NCBI GenBank assembly: GCA_963822705.1
Contig: CAWGIX010000006.1
Span: 109,567-173,566 of the forward strand
DNA from: an uncultured Pseudomonadota bacterium
GTDB lineage: Bacteria > Pseudomonadota > Alphaproteobacteria > Acetobacterales > Acetobacteraceae
Length of the DNA: 64,000 bases
Direction of reading: 5' to 3'
Made by a program: the position numbers and the translations under genes. The notes under the pieces were generated by a model. That model did not search any database. It was not told where the DNA came from and was given only the letters and a program-made list of their open reading frames with translations. Positions 48,275 through 58,380 of the stretch are shown piece after piece (within the stretch, counting starts at the first letter, position 1; every line of letters begins with the position of its first letter).

Positions 48275-49287
48275 GCGTCGACCTGGCAGGCCTCGAAACC
48301 GCGGCGCAGCTCCGGACGGCTGAGTTTGCGGCCGATGAACACGAGACGGCTGCGCCGTTCCTCGCCGTCCCGCCAGCGGCCGACGAACGCCCCGTCCGCC
48401 ATCATGTGTACCGCCTGGAACGCAAACTTCCGGTCCTCGCCGCGATAGCCCAGAATGCCCTTGGTGCGCAGCAGGTCCTGGCCCTTTTCGGCAAGCAGCC
48501 GGCCGATCCAGACATTGAACTTTTCCGGGTCGATCGGGCGGGCGACCTCGAAACTCATGCTGGCCACGTCGGCATCGTGCTCGTGCTCGTCGTCGGTCAG
48601 AAAATCGGGCACGCGCTGCAGCACGCGCTCCAGGTCGAACGCGCCCTGTCCCAGCACCTCGTCCAGCGCCACCGCGCTACGCTGGGCGCGGTGAATGGCG
48701 GCAAAGCGGTTGATTGTCCGCAGCCGCGATTCCACGGCCTCCAACTCCTCCGGCGAGACCAGGTCCGTCTTGTTCAGCACGATCACGTCGGCGAACGCGA
48801 TCTGCTCCTCCGCCTCGGCGCTGTCGGCCAGACGTTGCAGCACGTTCTTGGCGTCGACGACGGTGACGATCGCATCGAGCCGCGTTTTCGTGCGTACGGT
48901 GTCGTCGACGAAAAACGTCTGGGCCACCGGCGCGGGATTGGCGAGGCCGGTAGTCTCCACGATGATGCCGTCGAATTTGCCCCGCCGCTTCATCAGCCCG
49001 CCCAGGATGCGGATCAGGTCGCCGCGCACGGTGCAGCAGATGCAGCCGTTGTTCATTTCAAAGACTTCCTCGTCGGCATCCACGACGAGGTCGTTGTCCA
49101 CTCCCAGTTCGCCCACCTCGTTGATCACCACGGCGTACTTTTTGCCGTGCTGCTCCGACAGGATGCGGTTCAGCAGCGTCGTCTTGCCGGCGCCCAAATA
49201 GCCGGTGAGCACGGTCACGGGCACCTGCCCCGTATCCGTCACAGTCGCGTCCATCTTTTCAGCGCCTCCGTCGCGTGGGGCTGTCAT
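48271..49287 (-). CDS. CobW/YjiA/ZigA-family metallochaperone GTPase
   Basis: '[14 protein letters not shown]', 'NGCICCTVRGD', 'VLNKTDL', His/Asp-rich 'DDEHEHDAD'. 338 aa. Confidence 0.9.
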   Translation of the reverse strand: MTAPRDGGAEKMDATVTDTGQVPVTVLTGYLGAGKTTLLNRILSEQHGKKYAVVINEVGELGVDNDLVVDADEEVFEMNNGCICCTVRGDLIRILGGLMKRRGKFDGIIVETTGLANPAPVAQTFFVDDTVRTKTRLDAIVTVVDAKNVLQRLADSAEAEEQIAFADVIVLNKTDLVSPEELEAVESRLRTINRFAAIHRAQRSAVALDEVLGQGAFDLERVLQRVPDFLTDDEHEHDADVASMSFEVARPIDPEKFNVWIGRLLAEKGQDLLRTKGILGYRGEDRKFAFQAVHMMADGAFVGRWRDGEERRSRLVFIGRKLSRPELRRGFEACQVDA

Positions 49288-49299
49288 ATAGGAGCCCCG

Positions 49300-50388
49300 C
49301 TAGGGTCCGGCCATCCGCGCCGCGCCCAGAATGTCGGCGCGCAGTGCGTCCAGGCGCCCGGCTATTACCGGCACGTCGAACAGCGCCGCGCGCCGCCGCC
49401 CGGCCTCGCCCAGGGTGGCGCGTCGGGCCGGGTCGCGCGCCAGCGCCACGAGACTGCTTGCAATGCCAGCAGGATCATCCGGGTCGATCGGCACGCCGGC
49501 TTCCCCGACCACCTCCGGCAGGCCGCCCCGGGGCGCGTAGGCGAGGGCCGCGCCGCACGCCATCGCCTCCAGCGCGCTCATGCCGAACGGCTCCGGCCAG
49601 CGGCTCGGGACCATGACGATCGCCGCTCGCGCCATGGCCTCCAGCACCGCATCGTGCGGCTGCCAACCCGTCATGGCGACCCCGGCCGCCGCAGCAGCGG
49701 GGCGCAGCGCCTGCAGAAACGGGGTGTCGGGGCTGTCCGCGCCAAACCGGTCGGCCCCGATCATTTCTGCGCGCCAACCCGGCAGTTGCGGCAGTGCAGT
49801 GGCGCAGGCGGCGACAAAAGCGTCAGCACCCTTGTCAGCCACGATCCGGCCGACGAACAGGATCGTGTTCTGCCGATCGGTCACCGGGGGCGGCAGGCTT
49901 GCGAGGTCAAGGCAGTTCGGCAGGATTTTCGGTCCCGGCAGGCCCCATCGGTCGCGAAGCCACCCCGACGCGGTGACCACGCAAGCGAGCCGGGCCTGCA
50001 GTCGGGCACGCTGCGGGAAAGTTTTGCAGGAGCGCATCCCCTGCGGGTCGTTGTTCAGCACCAGTGTGACCGGGACTCCCAGCCGCGCCAGCCTGCCGGC
50101 CAGGTCGGGACGGTTGTGGACTTCCATCAGCACGGGCCGGAACCGGCGCACGACACGCGCGACCGAAGCGGCGTAGCGGCCGTTCCGTGAGCCCGGCCAC
50201 CACGGCGCCCGGGCGGGCGAGAACAGCGTGCCGGAAAACGGGTTTGCCACTGTTCGGCCCACGACCATCGGTGTGAACTTGCCCGGCGCCGCGGCCAGGC
50301 GGTGCACGATCAGGGCGATCGCCCCCGCCGCATCCGGGCAAAACGATTCCCGCGGCGGCAGGATGATGGCGACGAGTTCTCGAGGCAC
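49300..50388 (-). CDS. Glycosyltransferase family 4 (GT-B)
   Basis: 'FVGRIVADKGAD', 'PSRWPEPFGMSALEAMACGAAL'. 362 aa. Confidence 0.8.
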   Translation of the reverse strand: MPRELVAIILPPRESFCPDAAGAIALIVHRLAAAPGKFTPMVVGRTVANPFSGTLFSPARAPWWPGSRNGRYAASVARVVRRFRPVLMEVHNRPDLAGRLARLGVPVTLVLNNDPQGMRSCKTFPQRARLQARLACVVTASGWLRDRWGLPGPKILPNCLDLASLPPPVTDRQNTILFVGRIVADKGADAFVAACATALPQLPGWRAEMIGADRFGADSPDTPFLQALRPAAAAAGVAMTGWQPHDAVLEAMARAAIVMVPSRWPEPFGMSALEAMACGAALAYAPRGGLPEVVGEAGVPIDPDDPAGIASSLVALARDPARRATLGEAGRRRAALFDVPVIAGRLDALRADILGAARMAGP

Positions 50389-50466
50389 TCCACAGTTTAA
50401 GCGTTCGCGGCGCTGCGCGGCCAGCTTTCGGCGGTACGAACACGGCGCCGATCGTGTCGCCCGGCA

Positions 50467-51498
50467 CTACTCCGCCGCGGCCTTCAGCTGTTGCGAATCC
50501 ATGCCTGCCGCCTCGGCCAGCAGCGTGTAGGATTGCTGCCGCACCAGCGGGTCGTGGGTGGTGGTGAGCACGGCCACCTCGTCCGCCCCAAGGTCGTCCG
50601 CCAGTCTGCGCAGCTGCGCAAATACCTGTGGGCCGCTGCCGAAAATGGCCCGTTCGCGCGCCCGGTCCAGGCGCACCCGCTCGGAGTCGGAGTACGCCTG
50701 CCCGGCGGCCTCCTCCGGGGAGGGGAGCGGCAGAAAATCGCCGCGGTCACGGCCGAGCCGCCACATCGCCCGCGAGCCGTATTGCCACGCCGCCTCCGCT
50801 TCGGTGGCGGCGGCCAGTGCCCAGACGCAAATGGCTGCGTGCGGCCGAGAGTGGCGCACGCTTGGGCGAAACAGCTCCCGATAGAGTCCGATCGCCTCCG
50901 CAGCGCCACGTCCATCGGTGATGAAGTGCGCAAAGCAGTACGGCAGACCGAAATGCGCCGCCACCTGCGCGCCGTAGTCGGAACTGCCCAGCACCCAGAT
51001 TTCCGGCGCCGTCGGTCCGTGCGGCTGCGCGCGCACTGCCCCGAACGGATGGTTTTCGACCAGCTTTTCGCCCGCGACCCACGCCAGCAGGTCGCGCACC
51101 TGGGCCGGAAATGTCTCCGCTGCCCGGGCCGCGTTCGGATTGAGCGCATGCGCGGTGATCCCGTCCGAACCGGGCGCGCGACCCAGGCCAAGGTCGATCC
51201 GCCCGGGCGCGATCGCTTCCAGCACCCGGAACTGTTCGGCCACATGCAGCGCCGCGTAGTGCGGCAGCATCACGCCGGCACTGCCCACGCGGATGCGCTG
51301 CGTGGTCGCAGCGACGGCGGCTATCAGCACTTCGGGGGCGGAGCCGGCGACGCTGGCCGTATTGTGGTGCTCGGCCAGCCAGTACCGGTGATATCCCAGC
51401 GCCTCGCAGTGCCGCGCAAGGGCGAGCGTCTCGCGAATCGAAGTGTCCGGCGAGCGGCCGGTAACAATCGTGGACTGGTCGAGGACGGACAGGCGCAT
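50467..51498 (-). CDS. LLM-class (luciferase-like) flavin-dependent oxidoreductase
   Basis: Starts at 'MRLSVLDQS'. 'GYHRYWLAEHHN', 'RIDLGLGRAPG'. 343 aa. Confidence 0.88.
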   Translation of the reverse strand: MRLSVLDQSTIVTGRSPDTSIRETLALARHCEALGYHRYWLAEHHNTASVAGSAPEVLIAAVAATTQRIRVGSAGVMLPHYAALHVAEQFRVLEAIAPGRIDLGLGRAPGSDGITAHALNPNAARAAETFPAQVRDLLAWVAGEKLVENHPFGAVRAQPHGPTAPEIWVLGSSDYGAQVAAHFGLPYCFAHFITDGRGAAEAIGLYRELFRPSVRHSRPHAAICVWALAAATEAEAAWQYGSRAMWRLGRDRGDFLPLPSPEEAAGQAYSDSERVRLDRARERAIFGSGPQVFAQLRRLADDLGADEVAVLTTTHDPLVRQQSYTLLAEAAGMDSQQLKAAAE

Positions 51499-51577
51499 GG
51501 CGGCCGGGTTTCTGGGTTTCGACTTCACCCTTGCAGTTGGGGCGGAACCCGGTAATCCGAAAGGGTGGGCGTTCCGC

Positions 51578-52091
51578 CTACCCGGCCGATCCGGCCGACG
51601 GTTTGTAGATAGCCGAATTGCCGCTGTGCTCGCGAACCTCGAACTCGTCGAGCCAGACGCGACCGTCCGTCTCTCCGGTCACGAAATCGGCGACGTGATC
51701 GAAAACCTGGCGGGCCGTCGCTTCACACCCGACTGCGGGCACAACGCCGCAGGTCGACCAACCCGCGCTCGGCCAGGCGCTGGAATTCCGACAGGTCCGG
51801 GTCGTCATGCGCGACCAGAAGCGTGTGATCGAACATCTCGTGCAACCAGGCCCTGACCGGTTTCAAGCCGCCGAAATCGAAACACCAGTTCCGGGCATCG
51901 AGCGTGTCGGTGGCAAAGGTCAGGCTGAACGCGAGCGCGTAGCCGTGCAACAGGCGACAATGCGAGTGCGTCGCGCGCCACTGGCGGAAGCAGCAGGAGA
52001 GGCCCTCCTCATGGCCGTAAGTCTTGGTCGACCGCCAAATGGCGCGTGCGTCGTTGCGCAGCAGAACGCCCACGTCAGGCGGTCCCACGGT
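51578..52091 (-). pseudogene. QueD/6-pyruvoyl-tetrahydropterin synthase-like domain; in one ORF with FolE and frameshifted at about 51746
   Basis: 'STKTYGHEEGLSCCFRQWRATHSHCRLLHGY...NWCFDFGGLK' in the frame of ORF 51723..52787. C-terminus 'VVPAVGCEATARQVF...GRVWLDEFEVREHSGNSAIY' in ORF 51578..51808. Confidence 0.75.
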
Positions 52092-52787
52092 CAGCCCGGC
52101 GCACTCCTGCAGGAATTCGGCCTTTAGCGGTTCATCATCGGAAAACGCGCCCCAGTAGGCGCTGCTGACCATGCGGCCGCGATGGCTGGCACGTACTCCG
52201 CGATGGGTCTTGCACATGTGAACCGCGCTTATCCGAACGGCGAGGCCAAGAGGCGAGGTTTTGGCCATCAGATAGTCGCCGATCTGCTTCACGAGCTCTT
52301 CCTGGATCTGCAGGCGTGAGGCGAAGTGATCGACGACGCGGTCGTATTTCGAGAGACCGATGATCCGGCCATCGGGTGCCGGCAGGATGCCGACAAAGGC
52401 GTGCCCATAGATCGGCATGAGGTGGTGGGCGCAGGTCGAGCGAACGTCGATCGGACCGGTGATGATCAGCTGGTCGAAGCCGCACGGATTGTCGAATTCG
52501 GTGATCCCCGGCGCCTCGCAGTAACGGCCGCTTAGGGTTTCCTCCACCAACATCCGGGCTACTCGGCTTGGCGTGTCGCGCGTGTTGTGGTCGTTGCGAT
52601 GATCGATCTGCAGGACGTCGAACAATTCCTCCAACTTGGCTGCCGCGGCGCTGATCATGGCCGTACGTTCGGCCGGCTCAAGCGCCCCCACGACCGCCTC
52701 GTTGGCGAGGCGGGGTTTGCGCAGGCGGTGTACGCTGACGCTCACAGACAGGCCTCCGGGGGGCTTCGAATCGAGATATCGCGCCAA
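52092..52787 (-). CDS. folE: GTP cyclohydrolase I (FolE type 1) domain; no stop before the QueD-like domain
   Basis: 'NTRDTPSRVARMLVEE', 'STCAHHLMPIYGHAFVGILP', 'RLQIQEELVKQI'. The likely start is ATG 52658 ('MISAAAAKLEELF'); the ORF is open to 52787. Confidence 0.85.
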
Positions 52788-52924
52788 TAATTAAAAAATC
52801 GTGATATTACGTTGTGAGATATGCGTTAATTTCTGTCCCTTCCAGCCGCGACACAAAGATGTGTCCGTTTACCCGATCCTCACTCGTCCGGGCAATTCTG
52901 CCCTTGGATAGGCGGAGGGGCGGT

Positions 52925-53437
52925 ATGACCTTTGATACTACCCGGCGTGCAGGAATGGTGCTCGCGCTTTGCGCCGGGGCAGCACGCATGGGGCGGGCGG
53001 CGGCAGCCGCCCTGACCGGCAAGCCGATCCTCACTGTTTCGGGCCGGATCAGCATTGTCAATAACGGCAACGTTGCAGAATTCGATCGCGACATGCTGGA
53101 AGCGCTCGGTACCGTCGGATTTGAGACCATGACGCCCTGGTATGACAAGCCGGTCCGCTTCGACGGGGTTCCGATGGAACGCCTGATGCAAGCGGTCGGT
53201 GCGACCGGGGACAGCGTGACCGCTGTGGCACTGGACGACTATTCGACAGACATTCCGATCTCCGATTTTCACGCCTACGGCGTGATACTGGCGCTGAAGC
53301 GCAATGGCGTCTACATGCCGGTGCGCGACAAGGGCCCGCTGTTCATCGTCTATCCTTACGACAGCAAGCCCGAGCTGAGGCACCAGAGGTTCTACAGTCG
53401 CTCGGCCTGGCAAGTGTCGAAACTCATCGTGAAGTGA
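52925..53437 (+). CDS. Periplasmic molybdopterin-oxidoreductase-domain-like protein (small, about 170 aa)
   Basis: Starts at 'MTFDTTRRAGMVLALCAGAA' (signal-like). 'LTVSGRI...FDRDMLEALG', 'FDGVPMERLM', 'ALDDYSTDIP', 'KGPLFIVYP'. Confidence 0.72.
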   Translation: MTFDTTRRAGMVLALCAGAARMGRAAAAALTGKPILTVSGRISIVNNGNVAEFDRDMLEALGTVGFETMTPWYDKPVRFDGVPMERLMQAVGATGDSVTAVALDDYSTDIPISDFHAYGVILALKRNGVYMPVRDKGPLFIVYPYDSKPELRHQRFYSRSAWQVSKLIVK

Positions 53438-53470
53438 CGCCAGGTCAGCCTGGACCGGGTCAGTGACATC

Positions 53471-55982
53471 GTGGAGCAGCCGGGCACCATAGGCTCGCGC
53501 TGGGTCAAGCTTGCCCTCGTCGGCGTGGTAGTCTTTCTTCTCGCGACGGCGATCTACATCTCGGTCTTGATCGTGCGACGCCAGCAGGCACTGAGCCAGG
53601 TGTCGCGCTACAACACGGCCTGGCTTGTCAGCCAGAGCACGGTGGAGGTTGCGCGGCTCGAGGCGATCGTTGCCGAGGCCGCGGTGCCGCACAGCGGCGT
53701 GGGCGAGGACGAGGTCCAGCTGCGCCTCGACATCATCGCCAATCGGGTCCAATTGTTCAGCAGCGGAGAAGTGGCAGCGTATGCCGCAAGCGACCCCGAA
53801 CTCACCGCCATTCTGGCCAGGTTTCGCAACGCCGCTCAATCCTGGCAGACGACCTTTGATCGGGCTCCGAAGTCGGAGCGTTGGCAGCAACTCCTCGCGC
53901 AAATTCCTCCGCTCGAGGCGCCGCTCGCGCGGCTCGCCGCCAAAGCCAATGTCCATGGCGGCGATCTCGTTGCGCAGGATCAGCGCGAGCTAGGCGACCT
54001 GTATTGGTTGTTCTCGGCCGCTCTGGGGGCGCTCACGCTATGCGGGTTCGGGCTGGTCGGGGCACTCACCTGGCATATTCGCTTGCTGACCCGCGCGCAC
54101 GACGAAGTGCAGTCGCTGGTTCGAGACTTACGGCACACGGGCGACCGGCTGGCCAGCGCCAACACAGTGGCGCATGAGGCGATGGAGGAGGTGAACCTGC
54201 AGAACAGGATCCTCCAGGAGCGTGATCGCGAGTTGCACACGCAAAACGCGCGCTTCGACGCCGCTTTGAACAATATGTCCCAGGCGCTGTGCATGGCCGA
54301 CGCCGAGCGGCGGCTGATCGTGTGCAATGTCCGCTTCCTCGAGCTATTCGGGCTCTCGCCGGGCATGATCCGGCCGGGCGTGCCGGCCGCCGATATCTTT
54401 CGCGCGATCAGTGAGATCGGCCGATACGACGGCGCCATGGTGAACGCGCTCTGGGCGGAGCAGCAAACGTTGATCGAATCCCGGTCGCCCGGGATGTTTT
54501 TTGAGGAAGACGATGCGGGGCACGCTCTCGCCGTCTCCCAGGAGCCGATGGCCGATGGCGGTTGGGTGGCGACCTACGAGGATATAAGCGAGCGCCGCCG
54601 CGTCGAAGCGCGGATCCACTTCATGGCGCACCATGACGCGTTGACCAGCCTGCCGAACCGGCTCATGTTCCATGAACGGTTGAAAGATGCGCTGGAGCAG
54701 CGACGCCGGACCAACGGCGAGCTGGCCCTGCTCTGTCTCGATCTGGACCATTTCAAAAACGTGAACGACACATTGGGGCACCCGTCCGGGGACGCGCTTC
54801 TGGAAAGCGTAGCGCAACGACTGCTCGAGTGCGTGCGCGAGAATGATGTCGTCGCTCGGCTCGGGGGCGACGAATTTGCCGTTCTGCAGTCCCGCGCCGA
54901 GCAACCGGAAGCTGCGGAGGCGATGGCACGGCGGATCGTCGAGATGCTGGGCCATCCCTACGAGGTCGATGGTCAACGTGCCATCGTCGGTGTGAGCGTG
55001 GGTATCGCGATTGCCGATACCGATGCGATTTCCGCTGACATGCTGCTCAAGAACGCGGACATGGCGCTTTATCGTTCCAAAGCTGACGGACGCGGTACCT
55101 ACAGGTTTTTCGAGAGCGGCATGGACGCGCACATACAGGCCCGGCGCGCGATCGAGCTTGACCTGCGGGAGGCGCTTGAGCGCAATGAGTTGGAACTGTT
55201 CTACCAGCCGATAATCCATCTGGAGACCGGTCGCGTCAGCGGCTTCGAGGCGCTCCTGCGCTGGCGGCATCCGGAGCGGGGCATGATCTCGCCCGCGCAG
55301 TTCATTCCGGTTGCCGAGGAACTCGGGTTGATTGTCCCGATCGGTGCCTGGGTGTTGGCGAGAGCCTGCGCGGATGCTGCGACATGGCCGGCGGAGATCA
55401 GTGTCGCCATCAATCTTTCGCCGGTCCAGTTTGGCAGTGCGGAACTCCTCGCCACGGTGCGCGGCGCCCTCGAGGACGCATGTCTGCCGGCGCACCGGCT
55501 GGAATTGGAGATCACCGAAATCGGCACTGCTGCGGGATACCGAGACGGTGCTGTCGCTACTGCATCGGCTGCGTGCGCTTGGCCTGCGCACGGCACTCGA
55601 CGACTTCGGGACCGGCTACTCGTCGCTCAGCTACCTCCGCAGCTTCCCGTTCGACAAGATCAAGATCGACCAGTCATTTGTGCGCGAGATGGGTCGCCGC
55701 CCGGACTGCCTGGCGATCGTGAATTCGGTGGCCGGGCTCGCGCATAAACTCGGCATGACGACGACCGCCGAAGGGGTCGAAACGGAGGAGCACCTCGTTC
55801 AGGTGCGTGTCGCCGGTTGCACTCAGGCTCAGGGATTCCTGTTCGACCGCCCCCGGCCATTGGCGGAGCTCCGGCGCTGGTTCGGGGGAGAAGTGGTCCT
55901 GCCAGGATGGCTGCGCGGACAGCCGGTGAACCTAAATCAAGCAAGCAATGAGCCCGCTGGGCGGAAAGTCCTGGTGCCGTAG
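53471..55982 (+). pseudogene. Membrane PAS-GGDEF-EAL c-di-GMP protein; +1 frameshift at about 55521 (A-run)
   Basis: Two TM segments, a PAS domain, 'RLGGDEFAVL' and 'GFEALLRW' in ORF 53471..55747. The EAL remainder 'ALLRDTETVLSLLHRLRALGLRTALDDFGTGYSSLSYL...KIDQSFV' is in ORF 55332..55982. Confidence 0.85.
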
Positions 55983-55998
55983 CGTCCTAACGAGGATG

Positions 55999-56308
55999 CT
56001 ACGTAACGTTCAGAACAACTCGCAAACGGTCCGAGACCTCGATCGCGGGATCGTGCGTCAGCGCTGGGTCGAAGTGCCGCTGGAATGCTTCCGCAGACTT
56101 CCACCTGGCAACGTTGAGATACGTAACACAGTCGGCTCCGGCCAGGGGCAGACTCCTCATGGCCTCCGGAAGCGTTGTCGAATTCCTCGACTTTTGTCAG
56201 GGTCTCTCCCAAAAAATCTGCATTCTGGGGCTTTTCCCAGTTATAGCGTGCCAGGAATTCCTCCTCCTTATCCGGCCTGACACACCGGCGGACCAGAACG
56301 ATAACCAC
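55999..56308 (-). pseudogene. Antibiotic-biosynthesis-monooxygenase (ABM)-like small protein; frameshift about 56155
   Basis: 'MVIVLVRRCVRPDKEEEFLARYNWEKP' (ORF 55937..56308). By hand translation the other frame continues 'SLPLAGADCVTYLNVARWKSAEAFQRHFDP...VVLNVT*'. Confidence 0.65.
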
Positions 56309-56430
56309 TTTTTTGTTCCTCTGACTTAGCTATTGCCTTGTCGGGTCCCAGCACAGTCGCTGCGCCTACTCTTTCAGGCGGCATCCCCTCGTACCTTAAC
56401 GATGCGAAAAGCCGTCGTCTACTCGAAATC

Positions 56431-57247
56431 TTAACTCCTGGGTCCCAGCGTCCGCAGGAAATCAGACAAAGCCCGGCGGAAGTCGCGGACATACCCAGGC
56501 CGGTCCATCGCTTTGGGCGTGATCTCGCAAAGCCTGGCCCCCGGAATGAGCTCGGCCAGTCGCTGCGCGTAGGCGAGCGGGTGCGCGAAATCGTGGCCGT
56601 GCCCGATCACGAGGGTGGGGATCCGAAATCGCCTGATCTCCGCCTCGCTGACGCCGGGACCATCGGCCGCGATCGCACGCAAAAGTGTGCCGAAGGCGGA
56701 AGGCGAAGACCGGTCGAAGAAGCCGCGGAAACTCGCAAGATTGTCCGGGCCCAGCCGGGCAAGCTCTGCCGCCATCTCGCTTGCCTCGAAGCGGCGGCGT
56801 GCTTCGGTGGCTTCGAAGCGCGACAGCAGCTCGCCCACCGCCAGATAGGGACGCATGTTGGCCGGTGCCGGATCGGCCACCCAGGCGGGGCGAGCCAGTA
56901 CCGAGCGCCCGCACGCGCTCCGGCCTGCGCACGGCGAGCCGAAGCCCGATGGCCGCCCCCATGGAGATGCCGCCGACCACCACATCCGAGAGGCCGAGCT
57001 GGGCCGCAAGCGCATCGAGGTCCGCGGCGAAAGTGGCGATCGAGAAAGCGCTGGCCGGCCCGAAGGGCGAAGCGCCGTGGCCCCGGCATTCGAGCGTAAT
57101 CCGCCGCATGGCCGGCTCGGGCGGGAACACCTCTGCCGCCTGTACCTCGTCGCCCCCAAGGCCGTGCTGGAACAGCACCGGCGGGCCAACACCCCGGTCG
57201 CAATAGCGCAGTGCAAGCCCGTCTCGCGTGAACGTGCCAAAGCTCAC
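56431..57247 (-). pseudogene. Alpha/beta hydrolase; frameshift about 56902
   Basis: 'PVLFQHGLGGD', 'VVGGISMGAAIGLRLAVRRPERVRAL' (ORF 56462..57247), then 'VLARPAWVADP...PTLVIGHGHDFAHP' (ORF 56431..57240). Confidence 0.75.
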
Positions 57248-57281
57248 CGACTGTCCCGTCCCGCAAGCATCGCGAGATGGA

Positions 57282-58359
57282 TCAGACAGCTCCGGTCACG
57301 TCCGCGAGCCGGACCGCCCGCCTGGTCTCCACCGATTTGGCGATGGCGGCCATCGCTCGGACGGAGGCGAGACCGTCCTGCACCGAGGCCCCGGTCATCG
57401 GTGCGCCGTCGAGAATGATGCTGGCAAAACCTTCGAGCTGCCGCCGATAGAAATGACCGTCCGCGCCTAGCGGGCGGTGCCAGGCCGCCTCGCTCTCGCG
57501 AAAAATGTCAACGTCGCTGCTTTTGTAGAACCAAGGGTTGTAGGTCTTGCCTAGAACGCTGCCGTTCTCGCCATAAATCTGAAACCCCTCATGCCAGTCC
57601 ATGCGGACGGAAACGGTCAGGTCGAGGTGACCGATCGTAGCCGTCAGCGAATTCCGCCGCCACAAACCAGCAATAGGCGCCGAAACGCTCGGTCAGTCGC
57701 GCCTCGACCGCCTGGATCGGCCCGGCAAGGTAACGCGCCGTATCGACAAGATGGCTGCCGTGAGCCAGCATGTAGTACCGGCGCAAGTCCGCTTTCGGGT
57801 TATCCTCGGGCTTGCGCGCTTTGCCACTGGTGATGATCGACGGTTGAAGTGCATCGGTCATGGCGTAGCGATGCGTGCTGTCGCAATACCAGCCTTTGTA
57901 GGCCAGCTTCGCGCCCATCTCGGTCTCGACAAAGCTTTTCGCCGCCTGGATACCGGCGTCGAAACGCTTCATGTGTCCGACCTGCAGCACCAGCCCGGTC
58001 TGCCGGACGACCGCTTGCAACCTCTCCACCTCCTCGACGCCGGTGCCGATCGGCTTTTCGCACAAAACGTGCTTGCCGGCCTGCAGCGCCATCGTCGATG
58101 CCTCGACATGAAAAGCATCGGAGATCGCGACGATGACCGCCTCCAGGTCTGGATCCTCGAGCATCGTCGGGTAGTCCGCAAAGCTCTTTGTCGGTGCGTA
58201 GCTCGCGGCTACGCGCCGGCGCAAATCGTCCGCCACGTCGCAGATCGCGTAGAGATCGGCATTGCGGGCCTTTACGCACGACTCGAAATGGGCCGCCTGC
58301 GCGATCGGTCCGCAGCCGAGAACGCCGACACGCAATCGCCGTTCATCCTTGCGGGGCAT
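57282..58359 (-). pseudogene. Gfo/Idh/MocA-family oxidoreductase; frameshift about 57655
   Basis: 'RVGVLGCGPIAQAAH', 'HVLCEKP' (ORF 57589..58359). C-terminal domain 'TATIGHLDLTVSVRMDWHEGFQIYGENG' (ORF 57282..57665). Confidence 0.8.
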
Positions 58360-58380
58360 GCAGAGACTCCTGTTGCCCGG

